Part shown: piece after piece, positions 38,331 to 47,623 of the stretch
Numbering within the stretch: position 1 is the first letter of the stretch
How the letters are laid out: the number at the start of each line of letters is the position of its first letter
NCBI GenBank assembly: GCA_016188245.1
Contig: JACPIE010000040.1
Span: 64,365 to 128,364, forward strand
DNA from: Candidatus Woesearchaeota archaeon
Lineage (GTDB): Archaea > Nanobdellota > Nanobdellia > Woesearchaeales > GW2011-AR4
Reading direction: 5' to 3'
DNA length: 64,000 bases
The notes under the pieces: model-generated
What the model saw: the letters and a program-made list of their open reading frames with translations, nothing else
Told to the model about the DNA's origin: nothing
The model's database searches: none
Program-made: the position numbers and the translations under genes

Positions 38331-39284
38331 TTATTGCAGCGTCTTTATCTTGGCGTGCAGAGCCTTTGATTCGGCGTCGTTGGGCTCGATGCTTAACGCC
38401 TCCTGTATGTCCTTGAATGCCTCATTGTAAAATCCCTTTTCCATGTTTCTTTTCGCGCGCTCTTTTTTCGAGGATAGCGCTCCGGCATCCGGAACATTTC
38501 CACTGAATTGATGGATGGCCTGCTGATTTTGGGGCTGCTGGGCCAGCTGCTTCTGCAGATTTGATATCTCGTTGTAAATGCTCAGGCTTCTGTAGATGTC
38601 CAGGATCCTCATCCCAATTGGATTTTTGTGCCTTAAAAATCCTTCAGGCACCTGGTTGTAAAGCTCTATGCACTTATTGTAGTTTACAGTCGCATTTACT
38701 GTGTCATTGGACCTTATGGCAAGGCTTATCTTTTCTATAAGCCGGTTGATTTCCGATATCAGTGAGGATGTCCTTTTTATTAGTTCGCTGTCTGTTCCCA
38801 TCTTCAGCTCCCTGTAAAAATCCGCTATCTGCGCCTCAATTATCCTTTTTTCCTCGAAGAAAGCATCGGGAATCGTGCTGAATATCTCCTGAGCTTCTGA
38901 ATAAAGCTTGAACGGCGCCTCTTTTCTGCCCTGCTGTATCGCAGATTTTGCACGGCCAATAATCTCGTTTACGCGCTCTGATTTTTGCCTGGCTTCGCCG
39001 TAGGACTGGGCCAGCATGCCGGAAAACTGCCTGCTCAGCGCCAGCAGCTGTTCGTAAAGCTCCCTGTTCCATTTCAGCTTTTGCCCGGAAAGGGCGCGCC
39101 AAAGCTGCATGTATTCCTGCTCTGCCTGCCATATGTTGCCTGCGCCGATGCTTGCGCTGATGTTCTGGGCCAGTGGCTGCCTGCCGTCATCTTCGGGCGG
39201 CAATCCGTCCTCTTTTTTTTCAGAAGTGCCCGTCTGCAATCCCAGGTCGGAAAGCTCCCTATCCAAAAACTCGTCAATGTCCAT
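38331..39284 (-). CDS. Alpha-helical/TPR-like protein of pilus locus
   Basis: Helical composition and C-terminal ALSIEPND TPR-like motif. Confidence 0.65.
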   Translation of the reverse strand: MDIDEFLDRELSDLGLQTGTSEKKEDGLPPEDDGRQPLAQNISASIGAGNIWQAEQEYMQLWRALSGQKLKWNRELYEQLLALSRQFSGMLAQSYGEARQKSERVNEIIGRAKSAIQQGRKEAPFKLYSEAQEIFSTIPDAFFEEKRIIEAQIADFYRELKMGTDSELIKRTSSLISEINRLIEKISLAIRSNDTVNATVNYNKCIELYNQVPEGFLRHKNPIGMRILDIYRSLSIYNEISNLQKQLAQQPQNQQAIHQFSGNVPDAGALSSKKERAKRNMEKGFYNEAFKDIQEALSIEPNDAESKALHAKIKTLQ

Positions 39285-39302
39285 TTTTAAACTAAGATGA
39301 TT

Positions 39303-39749
39303 TTAAAGGTATGATAGATATTTTTTCCAGAGGTTCTCTATCTCTTTATCCGGAATTTTCTTTTTGCGCGCTTTTGCCAAAAACTCCTCCCTGATATGGG
39401 TGAGGTTTTGCTGCAAGTATCTCCTCCACATGCCTTCTATGTGCTCATGGGGCGCTTTTTTTGATTTTGCTTTCTCATAAAACTGTTCCTTTGTAATCAG
39501 CCCGTTAGCAAAGCTTTTCTCTTTTTCTTTTGTTTCCTTTATGCCGTCTTTGTAAAGGTAAATGTAGGGCGTTGTGAACTTGTACTCTATCCCGAAAATT
39601 TTTTCCTCCACTAAAAAATCTACCAAAGCCTGGACGCTTGCCACAGGCATGCCGAGCTTTTTCGCTGCCTCCTCAATTGATATCTTCTTGTGTTTTCTGA
39701 CAAGCTCGAGCAGCTCATCTGCAGTTGTCCTAAGCACAAAGTCAGCCAT
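39303..39749 (-). CDS. Hypothetical protein with N-terminal wHTH-like domain
   Basis: T.ADELLELV...KKISIEEAAKKLGM. Confidence 0.65.
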   Translation of the reverse strand: MADFVLRTTADELLELVRKHKKISIEEAAKKLGMPVASVQALVDFLVEEKIFGIEYKFTTPYIYLYKDGIKETKEKEKSFANGLITKEQFYEKAKSKKAPHEHIEGMWRRYLQQNLTHIREEFLAKARKKKIPDKEIENLWKKYLSYL

Positions 39750-39816
39750 ATGCTTAAATTTAGAGCATCATATAAAAACTTTAGTCATTGACCTTGAGTA
39801 ATAACTGATATTTCCA

Positions 39817-40797
39817 TCAGCATGCCTGCACTGCGTCCTGGGCAGTTATATTGTACCTTATGACATGCTCGAAGTCAAGCTTGAAGTACCGAAATTCGTC
39901 CCATAAGCCCGTGATGTTGTAAAGCTGGCTGCATTCATTTTGAAACTCGTGGCTCCAGAAGGAATAATCAGCATAGCTTTCAGCCTGGTCGCTTGGGCTT
40001 ATCCTGTTTGGATTTACAAGGCTTTCTATGCCGCAGCAGCTTGAATTGGATATTGTGTTTGTAAGCCTCATCAAAAATGACGGCGCATTTGAATTGTCAA
40101 GATGGATGTACGTGCCGTTTCTCAAATGCTCCCTGACTTTTGTGATATTCCACTCTTCAGTTATCCCGATTGTTGACTTTTTGACCTGGTTGGTGTATTC
40201 ACCGTTTGTGTTGGCGAGATAATACGGGTCATGCATCCCCTCCAGGCTGACTGATACGGCTATGGTATCAATTTTATTCCATTCTGCCACATTTGACCTG
40301 ACAGTAAAATTTACGCTCATCCTTGAGCCAATTTCCCATGGCTTTGACTGGAAAGCTGAGACATTTAGAACTGTTATCTCGGTATCGACATTCAAGGTGT
40401 CTTTGGCCGTGCTTGCAATTCTTTCATTCCATCCGCTGATTGTGTCATTGCCCATTATCTGCTTGCCGGTAACAGAATCTATAGGAGTTCCGTTTATTTT
40501 TCCCGTCATTATGATTTCGGAGAATGCAGCGTCAAAATCCTCCAGGTAGGAGCCTGTTGAGTTAATGTAAAATATCATGGAAAGGATTGTCTTGTAAGCT
40601 GAAGTCCGGAGCACTGTTTCAAAATAAGTGCTTAAATCACCGACATAATTGTCAACCGCAGCTATCCTTGCATTCACAGCCTGGGTGTCTTTCTGAACGC
40701 TTATGCCTGCCTGGGGGGTGAACACCAGCAGAAAAATTGCCATTATCATTATGGATATAAACGTGAAGAATATCCCCTTGTTGCTCATTTTTCCCAT
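39817..40797 (-). CDS. Pilin-like/minor pilin with class III signal
   Basis: NKGIFFTF followed by a hydrophobic helix. Confidence 0.7.
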   Translation of the reverse strand: MGKMSNKGIFFTFISIMIMAIFLLVFTPQAGISVQKDTQAVNARIAAVDNYVGDLSTYFETVLRTSAYKTILSMIFYINSTGSYLEDFDAAFSEIIMTGKINGTPIDSVTGKQIMGNDTISGWNERIASTAKDTLNVDTEITVLNVSAFQSKPWEIGSRMSVNFTVRSNVAEWNKIDTIAVSVSLEGMHDPYYLANTNGEYTNQVKKSTIGITEEWNITKVREHLRNGTYIHLDNSNAPSFLMRLTNTISNSSCCGIESLVNPNRISPSDQAESYADYSFWSHEFQNECSQLYNITGLWDEFRYFKLDFEHVIRYNITAQDAVQAC

Positions 40798-41315
40798 ACA
40801 AATACCTCGGACTTATATGGGCCCCAGATGCTGCTTGTGCTCTTGTTCAGGATTCCGAAAGTGGCTTTTTTTGAGGTTAGCAGCAGCTTTGTGTTTTTTT
40901 TTGAGCCTGTATGCTCAGCAGATGGAGTTTTCGGATAGATAAGGTTGCCATCAATCCAAAGCTCATATCTGAACTGGGGAGGTATAGCTCCTGCCGATAC
41001 ATTCTGAACAAATTTTTCCGCTGTGTCGAGCTTTTCTTCAGCATAAAACTCGCCAATCTGCTGCAGCAGCGAATTATCGCCATCAGTTATCTCGCCCTGG
41101 CTCCAGAGATAGCCGCCAATGCCTGCATAAGGGTTGTTTATGCTTTTTATCTTGGTTTTTGACAAAAAATTAAGCAGGTCGTCCGACAGCAGGCTGACTT
41201 GGGCAGGCTGAGGCACATTGATATAGGAAGAAGTAATAAGAAAAATGCCTATGACTATCACCATCAATGCCAGCAAGGCATCAAGCATGAAGAAAAAACC
41301 TCTTTTTTTAAGCAT
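40785..41315 (-). CDS. Pilin-like protein with class III signal
   Basis: KKRGFFFMLDALLAL. Confidence 0.75.
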   Translation of the reverse strand: MLKKRGFFFMLDALLALMVIVIGIFLITSSYINVPQPAQVSLLSDDLLNFLSKTKIKSINNPYAGIGGYLWSQGEITDGDNSLLQQIGEFYAEEKLDTAEKFVQNVSAGAIPPQFRYELWIDGNLIYPKTPSAEHTGSKKNTKLLLTSKKATFGILNKSTSSIWGPYKSEVFVWEK

Positions 41316-41444
41316 CTTGGCAGATAATGCCTAAAACTAAACCATATTTATAGTTTATGTTTTATAAGTGGTTGGAAATGGCTTAAGCTGTTTAGTGGGT
41401 ATTTCTACGAACGAAACGGGCTGGGGGTTCCTTATTCCTTACTT

Positions 41445-42278
41445 TTATCTGTGAGTTTTTTTATCTGTTATAGAAAGATAGTTTTTTCTGGTTGTTACTG
41501 GACGGCCTAATTCTTTTTCAGCTTCTATTCTGGCATTTCCTGCGACTTTTCCGCCTCTTTTGGCAACATCTTTGCTTTTATCAAAAGTTTCTGGTTTTTC
41601 TTCTTGTGAAAGTTCTGTTGTCATACGCTCACCAAGCATTGTAAAAATCAGCTCCAAATCGTTCATGTGGTCTCTTAGATTGGCTTTCGATTGTTTTGGC
41701 AAATTTTTGAATTTCTTGTACTCGGTTGGAGTCATTCCGAATGTTGCTTTAGAAATTTCTGCTGTCAGGATAGCAAAATCTTTTTGTTCTTGAATACCTC
41801 TTTCTTTCCATTCATCAGTTAGATTTTGCCTTATAGCAATGCCTCTTAACCTTTTATCAATCCAATCTTGAGGATATCCCTTTGCAGTGTAAATCTCTTT
41901 CATTCTTGCTTGAGCAAGTTCGGGGTTTTCTATTTCATCAATTCGCTCTTTTCCTACCTCTGCCAGCCATCTCTTGAATGGTTCAGCATTTTTGCTTGGA
42001 ATTGATTGAATAAGCCGAAAAACGTCTTTTGTGTTGCCAGCAAGAACTTGCCTGTTTTTGCCTGTTTCAGTCAGCATTTCTACATGGGGACAGTTTGTCC
42101 CTAGGTAGCTTCCAAGCTCTTCATCTCTTTTACGCAGCTTTTTCAGATAATCGGTAGGGTTAACACTATCAGTTAAGGCTTTGACTATATCAACCAAAGA
42201 ATAATACCATTCATCATTAAACCAAGTTCTTCGGATTTTCTTGCTTTGGAATACAACTAATGCATTGTTTGAATTCAT
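41445..42278 (-). CDS. Bro-N domain (phage antirepressor-like) protein
   Basis: KIRRTW..DEWYYSLVDIV, RLIQSIPSKNAEPFKRWLA, NLRDHMNDLELIF. Confidence 0.9.
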   Translation of the reverse strand: MNSNNALVVFQSKKIRRTWFNDEWYYSLVDIVKALTDSVNPTDYLKKLRKRDEELGSYLGTNCPHVEMLTETGKNRQVLAGNTKDVFRLIQSIPSKNAEPFKRWLAEVGKERIDEIENPELAQARMKEIYTAKGYPQDWIDKRLRGIAIRQNLTDEWKERGIQEQKDFAILTAEISKATFGMTPTEYKKFKNLPKQSKANLRDHMNDLELIFTMLGERMTTELSQEEKPETFDKSKDVAKRGGKVAGNARIEAEKELGRPVTTRKNYLSITDKKTHR

Positions 42279-42509
42279 TTTTGCAATAAAATAAACCTAA
42301 AACTTTATAAAGTATTCTCTTTATAAACTAAATCTCTGAACTCCCCCTAACGAAACGACTAAAACGAAATGTCCCTCTTAATGTTTGTTCTTTATTACTC
42401 ACTTTGTTCGCCAGATTGAACATGAGCCACTAAAAATTACTCTGTGGACTCAAGTTTCCAGAACTTCGTAACTGAAAACTTACTTAACAAGAAAGTATAT
42501 GCTAATCTC

Positions 42510-42902
42510 CTATTTCTGGCTGCAGGGAGTTCCGCTCAGGTTTATAGTCGGCGAGCCTATTCCCCTGTAGCTGTTGTTTATCAGCACAAGATTGCCTTCG
42601 TCATCCTCAAGATATATGCAGAAATCGCCTTCAACCCTCATCCTTCTCTTTAAGTCAGCATAGCTCAGGTTTTTCAGCTCATTTAGCTTGGTTATGTTTA
42701 TCTCGTTTTTGTCAACAACCCTCAAAGGGGCTTCCTGTGAAGCGACCTGCTTTGTAACCGATGAAGCTTCTTCTTTAAGGTTTTGGGCCTTTGTGCCGCT
42801 GTCTGCATCGATCAGTGAGTAGAATATAAAAAAGGCTGCAGAAAATATGATGACTCCCAAAACAATGTCCAGCGACCACGACTGTGATTTTTTAATGCCC
42901 AT
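42510..42902 (-). CDS. Pilin-like protein with class III signal
   Basis: KKSQSWSLDIVLG. Confidence 0.75.
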   Translation of the reverse strand: MGIKKSQSWSLDIVLGVIIFSAAFFIFYSLIDADSGTKAQNLKEEASSVTKQVASQEAPLRVVDKNEINITKLNELKNLSYADLKRRMRVEGDFCIYLEDDEGNLVLINNSYRGIGSPTINLSGTPCSQK

Positions 42903-42993
42903 AAGAATATAATCTGTCAAAAACATATAAAAAGGTTTCTAAATTCATGCAGCTACAGCAAACTTTAAGAATAACTGATTAAACAGGATTAGC

Positions 42994-44391
42994 ATGAGGG
43001 AATCCTGCAAAGAGCTGCTGCTGATGTTTTTATTTGTCCTGCTGTTTGTCCTTATTTCTTCCTTCAGGCTGGATTTTCTGATTTGGCTCGTCAATGTTCC
43101 CCTGCTGATCCTTGTTTACGGAAAGCCTGTAAAAAAAGCTGCCCTGCTCGCGCTGCCTCCAAGCATTCTGGCTGTTGCCCTCTCAGTCACATGGGTTACA
43201 GAATACAGCTGGAGCGCATATATTCTATCATCAATTTTGGTTTCTGGATTCTTTTTTTTGTTTGCCGTAGCCTTCAGCATCCTGGCAAGAAGAATCAGGG
43301 GAAATATGCAGATTTTTGCTGCGCCTTTTGTTTACTCCATCCTGATGATATTATTCTCATTCAGCGTGATAGGCAGCTACTGGGCAGACTGGTCGATGTT
43401 CAATCCGGCAATTGCCCCATTAATCTGGATTGTTGGCAGCCACGGAATAACTTTCCTGATAATTTTAGCCAATTCAATGATTGCATTTTATATTTTGAAG
43501 AGGGACAATAAAATTTTGGCAGCAGGGATTGTTCTTGCATTGGTTATAGTTGGAAGCCATGCTTACAGCATTAATTCAAATCCCGATGGGCAAAAGATAA
43601 AAGTTGCATTGCTGCAGGGCAACTTTAACCAGGGCTGGGAATGGCGCGCCTTGAATGCAAAAAGCATCATTTTTGATGCTTATGAGAACATGACAATTGA
43701 AGCTGCAAAAAGCAAGCCTGCACTGATAGCCTGGCCGGAATATGCCATAGCAGACGAAGTTCTGAAAGACAAAAATTTAACGAACAGGCTGTCAAGCCTT
43801 GCAAGAAAATCAAATGCGCATCTGGTTGTAGGCGCTTTAAGGTGGCATGATTCTTTCTACAGGAATGAAAGGGAAAGGAATGATATCGCGCTTGTTTTCG
43901 GGCCTGACGGAAGGTTAATCGGGGAATATAATTCTGTAAAGCCGGTCCCTTTTGAAAAATGGGTTTTGCCCGGGAATGAAACAAAAATTTTCACAGGCGG
44001 CATGGGCAATTTTGGCGTCTCATTGTGTTATGAGGAAACCCAAAGCACTGCCAAGGATCTCTCGCTAAAAGGTGCGCAGTTTTTGGTGTCATTGGCTAAC
44101 AACCAGATACTTGATGAAACTTCGGGATTGTACCTCACGGGCCTTTACCCTAATTTAAGGGCTGCGGAGAACGGAAAATACTTAATAAGGGCGACAAACA
44201 CCGGCATCACAAAAATAGTGAATCCTTACGGGAAAACAGATGCCCAATTGGAGCCTTACACAAGGGGAATCCTGGTTGGAGATATTTATTTGAGGGATAA
44301 CAATACATTTTACACAAAATATGGGGATGTGGCCCTGTATTCAGTGCTTATTGTCTTGTTTTTTGTCTTTGTTAAACAAATTTATTTGTAA
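42994..44391 (+). CDS. lnt: Apolipoprotein N-acyltransferase (Lnt)-like, nitrilase fold
   Basis: Multi-TM N-terminus, VALLQGN, IAWPE, KPVPFE, LCYEE, RAAENGKYLIRATNTGIT..VNPYG, TFYTKYGD. Confidence 0.85.
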   Translation: MRESCKELLLMFLFVLLFVLISSFRLDFLIWLVNVPLLILVYGKPVKKAALLALPPSILAVALSVTWVTEYSWSAYILSSILVSGFFFLFAVAFSILARRIRGNMQIFAAPFVYSILMILFSFSVIGSYWADWSMFNPAIAPLIWIVGSHGITFLIILANSMIAFYILKRDNKILAAGIVLALVIVGSHAYSINSNPDGQKIKVALLQGNFNQGWEWRALNAKSIIFDAYENMTIEAAKSKPALIAWPEYAIADEVLKDKNLTNRLSSLARKSNAHLVVGALRWHDSFYRNERERNDIALVFGPDGRLIGEYNSVKPVPFEKWVLPGNETKIFTGGMGNFGVSLCYEETQSTAKDLSLKGAQFLVSLANNQILDETSGLYLTGLYPNLRAAENGKYLIRATNTGITKIVNPYGKTDAQLEPYTRGILVGDIYLRDNNTFYTKYGDVALYSVLIVLFFVFVKQIYL

Positions 44392-44451
44392 TTGGTAAAA
44401 TTTGAACGAAAAGTTTATAAATATCTATGTTTAGTGATAGATATCTATTAG

Positions 44452-44733
44452 GTGATAAAGATATATTTTGAAGATTTGCGCTGGAAAGGAAAGTTATTGA
44501 TATTCACTTGGCATTTCAAAGAGGAGTTTGATAAGCTGAAGAAGCCTATTGAATTTGTGTTAGAGGTGCTTGATGAAGGCGAGCATGTTTTAGTGTCCAA
44601 GAACCAGAACAAATACAACGTATTTTATCCATTCAGAAGAAAATATTTGTGCTTATCATACGCTGAGCATGAGAACATCATTTTGATTCATGTCAAGCCA
44701 ACAACCAAAAAACCGGAGGGAAAAAGAAAATGA
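44452..44733 (+). CDS. Putative RelE/BrnT/DUF4258-like toxin
   Basis: Small basic protein with FTWHF and IILIHVKP; overlaps the Zn-finger antitoxin start. Confidence 0.55.
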   Translation: MIKIYFEDLRWKGKLLIFTWHFKEEFDKLKKPIEFVLEVLDEGEHVLVSKNQNKYNVFYPFRRKYLCLSYAEHENIILIHVKPTTKKPEGKRK

Positions 44734-44792
44734 AAACACGAAAAAAACAGAGTTTTTTTGTGTCCCAAAAGTCAAAGACTTTTGTGAAATTC
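44730..44792. mobile_element. 63-bp twin-hairpin in-frame insertion at start codon
   Basis: ATGAAAAC duplicated at 44730 and 44793; hairpins AAAAAAAC/GTTTTTTT and CAAAAGTC/GACTTTTG. Confidence 0.65.
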
Positions 44793-45110
44793 ATGAAAAC
44801 TTGCTATAAGTGCGGAACGGAAGTTAAAGTAGCTAAAAGTGTAAAGGAGGGTATCGCTTTAGACTGCTTGAAGTGCCCTAAATGCGGTGAAGAGTATTTT
44901 ACTTCAAGTGAACTGATAAAGTTTGACATAAAGACAGGAAAAAGAAAGATGGTTAGAAAATTCGGAACATTGGGAGATTCTACAGTTATGCGATTTCCTT
45001 CCGATGTGATAAAAGATTACAAGATAAAACCGGGAGATTATGGAATATTTGAGAAAAAGCCAGAAGGGATATTGATAAAGCCAATTCATGCAAAGGATAT
45101 TGGGAATTAG
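44730..45110 (+). CDS. YgiT/MqsA-type zinc finger + AbrB/MazE-like antitoxin, N-terminally extended by a hairpin insert
   Basis: CYKC...CPKCGEEYF and GDSTVMRFP...IKPGD. Confidence 0.75.
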   Translation: MKTRKKQSFFVSQKSKTFVKFMKTCYKCGTEVKVAKSVKEGIALDCLKCPKCGEEYFTSSELIKFDIKTGKRKMVRKFGTLGDSTVMRFPSDVIKDYKIKPGDYGIFEKKPEGILIKPIHAKDIGN

Positions 45111-45117
45111 CAGAATT

Positions 45118-45717
45118 TTATCTCGAGCTGTCTGCCTGCCTTTCAATCTCGAGCTTTTTCGATATGGCATGTGATGCGCTGCTTAGCCTGTATGCGCTTA
45201 TTATCTCTTCAGCAAGGCTGGATATGATTGATTTCTTGGTGTTAAAAGTCCTGTGGTATGCCCCCTGAGTCATGTACTTCAGGGCCAAATCAACCCTTCT
45301 TTGGGGCGAGCACTCAACTGCTTTTGGGTATCTTGCTCCCCCGTATTCTATCGTTACAATCTCTTCCCTTTGGGCGGCATTTTCCAGTGCCTTGACAAAA
45401 ACCTTGATTGGGTTTTCCTTTGTTGTTTTTTCAATCTGCCTGAAAACTTCCTCAACAATCAGGTAAGATGTCTGGGCTTTTCCGGTAATATGGCCACTGG
45501 ACTTGTAATGTTTCTTGCTTTTATGCCCCGGCACCATTATCTTGTTTATCAGCCTCTCAACAATGAATGTCTTGCTCTTGTGGAACCTGCTTCCGGCATA
45601 TCTTGCTCCTGTCTTGGGAACAATTCTCGGCTGCAGGGTAAGGTACGGCTGCAGCCCAAAGTCATCTACCTTGATGCCTTCCATTCCCCACCTGTTGAAA
45701 ACTTTTATTTCTGGCAT
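45118..45717 (-). CDS. rps7: 30S ribosomal protein uS7
   Basis: IVERLINK, ENPIKVFVKALEN, SPQRRVD. Confidence 0.97.
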   Translation of the reverse strand: MPEIKVFNRWGMEGIKVDDFGLQPYLTLQPRIVPKTGARYAGSRFHKSKTFIVERLINKIMVPGHKSKKHYKSSGHITGKAQTSYLIVEEVFRQIEKTTKENPIKVFVKALENAAQREEIVTIEYGGARYPKAVECSPQRRVDLALKYMTQGAYHRTFNTKKSIISSLAEEIISAYRLSSASHAISKKLEIERQADSSR

Positions 45718-45784
45718 TTTTTATTGGATTTATTTAATTTAGATTTGTTTTTTATTTTTTTGGATTTCATATTTGTATTTAATT

Positions 45785-46030
45785 TTATCTGTATGGGGAA
45801 AAAAGAGTTATTGAAACTCTTGGCACCTCTACCACTCCGCGCCCCTTTTCAGATAAGTAAAAAACCTTATCTCCAGATTCTATTCTTGCTACAAAAGCCT
45901 TAACGCCACTAACTTCTCCATCGGGGCCACTATATCTTACATATGCCCTTCTTATTTCTGGTTTTGCGGAGTCGTCATATTTCACATGCCCAACAACCGG
46001 CAATTCGCCAATCATTTTTTCATCAATCAT
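45785..46030 (-). CDS. Orphan hypothetical protein between rps12 and rps7
   Basis: 81 aa ORF co-oriented in the operon. Confidence 0.6.
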   Translation of the reverse strand: MIDEKMIGELPVVGHVKYDDSAKPEIRRAYVRYSGPDGEVSGVKAFVARIESGDKVFYLSEKGRGVVEVPRVSITLFSPYR

Positions 46031-46050
46031 TTTTATTTTAAAAAAAATGC

Positions 46051-46488
46051 TTATTTTCTTGCCTTTTCTATCCTTCCTTTCAATAATGCATCCAAACTCT
46101 GGTCATTTACTTTTATGACCTGCCATCTCACACCTGGAATGTCGCCCTTGCTCTTGCCCATTGCGCCGCCGATGCACTCAATGATGACTTCATCGTGCTC
46201 GTCAATCATCTTTGTAGCCCCATCTCTTGGGCAGAATGCCGTGACCTGCTTCCCGTTCTTTATGAGCTGGACCCTGACGCATTTCCTCATTGCAGAATTG
46301 GGCTGCTTTGCCTCAAGCTGGACTTTTTCAATGACAATTCCTTTTGCCTGGGATGCCCCTTCCAAGGGATCTGAGCGCGCCTTCATTCGCAGGATTCTCC
46401 TTATGTAGGGGCCGTAGTGCCACCTGCCCTCCTTTCTCCTGTTCCTGAGCCTTTTTCCGGCGAATAGTCCTCTTGCCTTTTTTCCCAT
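46051..46488 (-). CDS. rps12: 30S ribosomal protein uS12
   Basis: [23 protein letters not shown]. Confidence 0.97.
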   Translation of the reverse strand: MGKKARGLFAGKRLRNRRKEGRWHYGPYIRRILRMKARSDPLEGASQAKGIVIEKVQLEAKQPNSAMRKCVRVQLIKNGKQVTAFCPRDGATKMIDEHDEVIIECIGGAMGKSKGDIPGVRWQVIKVNDQSLDALLKGRIEKARK

Positions 46489-46533
46489 GTGGTTGGTATT
46501 TTTAAATGCTTTTTAAATGTTGCGTCAATATTT

Positions 46534-46947
46534 TTAGACAACCTTCACTTCCTTGACATCAAAATAGCGCTTTACAATGTTTGCCAGGTGGTTTATGCTG
46601 TGCCGTTCCCTTCCGATAAGCATCGCTCTTGTGGCAGTGTCCTTTCCGTGGATTGCCACAATCCCGTTTTCAATAGTTACATCTGAAATTTCTGCAGGAT
46701 AAACAAAATTTTTGACAAACTGCAGCACATCGCTGCTGAATTCCGCAAGCTTGATTTTTTTCTTCAGCATGCCTTCCATCTTCCTTATGTTTGAGCCGTT
46801 TCTGCCGATTGCCTTGCCTATGTCATTCTCCTCTATTATGAAAATCAGCTTTTCATTCTGTATGCAGTCCTTGACTTTGGCGCCGGTGTTTGCCTCAAAA
46901 AGCGCGATTAATTTAAGCGATTCAGAGTCAAGCTTCATCTTGCTCAC
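46534..46947 (-). CDS. nusA: Archaeal NusA-like KH-domain transcription factor
   Basis: GKAIGRNGSNI and conserved position; GTG start overlaps the rpl30e stop. Confidence 0.92.
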   Translation of the reverse strand: MSKMKLDSESLKLIALFEANTGAKVKDCIQNEKLIFIIEENDIGKAIGRNGSNIRKMEGMLKKKIKLAEFSSDVLQFVKNFVYPAEISDVTIENGIVAIHGKDTATRAMLIGRERHSINHLANIVKRYFDVKEVKVV

Positions 46948-47222
46948 TTGGTCTTCAGCAAAGCCAGCACAGATATAGAAAAAGGCTTTTTGCATATGAC
47001 TCCCAGCTCGTCATTTGGATAGTCAATCTTGTGCAGCTCTGTTCCGCTCAGCCCTGCATAATAGCTTATGTCCTTCTCGACTTGTGCAGGGCAGTTGGAG
47101 CTCAAAAGGATTTTTTGTATCTTTCCAAGCTTCAGGCTTTTCACAGTTTTCTCAGTGCCGATGATAACGCCGCCTGATTTCATCATTTTCTTGATTTCTG
47201 CCGAGCTTATTTTTTTGGACAT
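46944..47222 (-). CDS. rpl30e: 50S ribosomal protein eL30
   Basis: IIGTEKTVKSLK, ELGVICKKPFSIS. Confidence 0.93.
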   Translation of the reverse strand: MSKKISSAEIKKMMKSGGVIIGTEKTVKSLKLGKIQKILLSSNCPAQVEKDISYYAGLSGTELHKIDYPNDELGVICKKPFSISVLALLKTK

Positions 47223-47325
47223 TTTGTTTTGTTTGAAATGTGTTTTTTTATTCTAAAAATTTTATTGCTTTTTAATTTATCTTTAGTTTTTGGCATTAGG
47301 CAATATTGCCGCCAGTGGCAATACC

Positions 47326-47598
47326 CTAATATGGATTCAATGTCCAGTCTGTTTTTGTATTAACGCCTGCCGCATAAATCCTTTGCTCTTCGTCTGAATA
47401 GCCATATCGCTCGGCGCATTTGTCAATTAGTTCTCTTGCAATTTTCCATACCTGTTTTGAGTCATTAATTGCCAATAAATCTGTGCGCAGTAAGGCACGA
47501 ATTCCATCTTGCGCATCATTCCATCCTTGAGTGTGAATTTCAGCTACTCTTCGGGTTAATTCAATATCTTTACCATCTATTTTTATGGTCAATTGCAT
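47326..47598 (-). CDS. Orphan hypothetical protein between rpoA' and rpl30e
   Basis: 90 aa ORF with a hairpin overlapping its stop (47295-47330). Confidence 0.6.
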   Translation of the reverse strand: MQLTIKIDGKDIELTRRVAEIHTQGWNDAQDGIRALLRTDLLAINDSKQVWKIARELIDKCAERYGYSDEEQRIYAAGVNTKTDWTLNPY

Positions 47599-47623
47599 TT
47601 TTATTTAAATTTTAAAATTTATT

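Noticed and set aside
41445..42278. Provirus inferred from the Bro-N gene
   Set aside because: No integrase, capsid, terminase or replication genes nearby.
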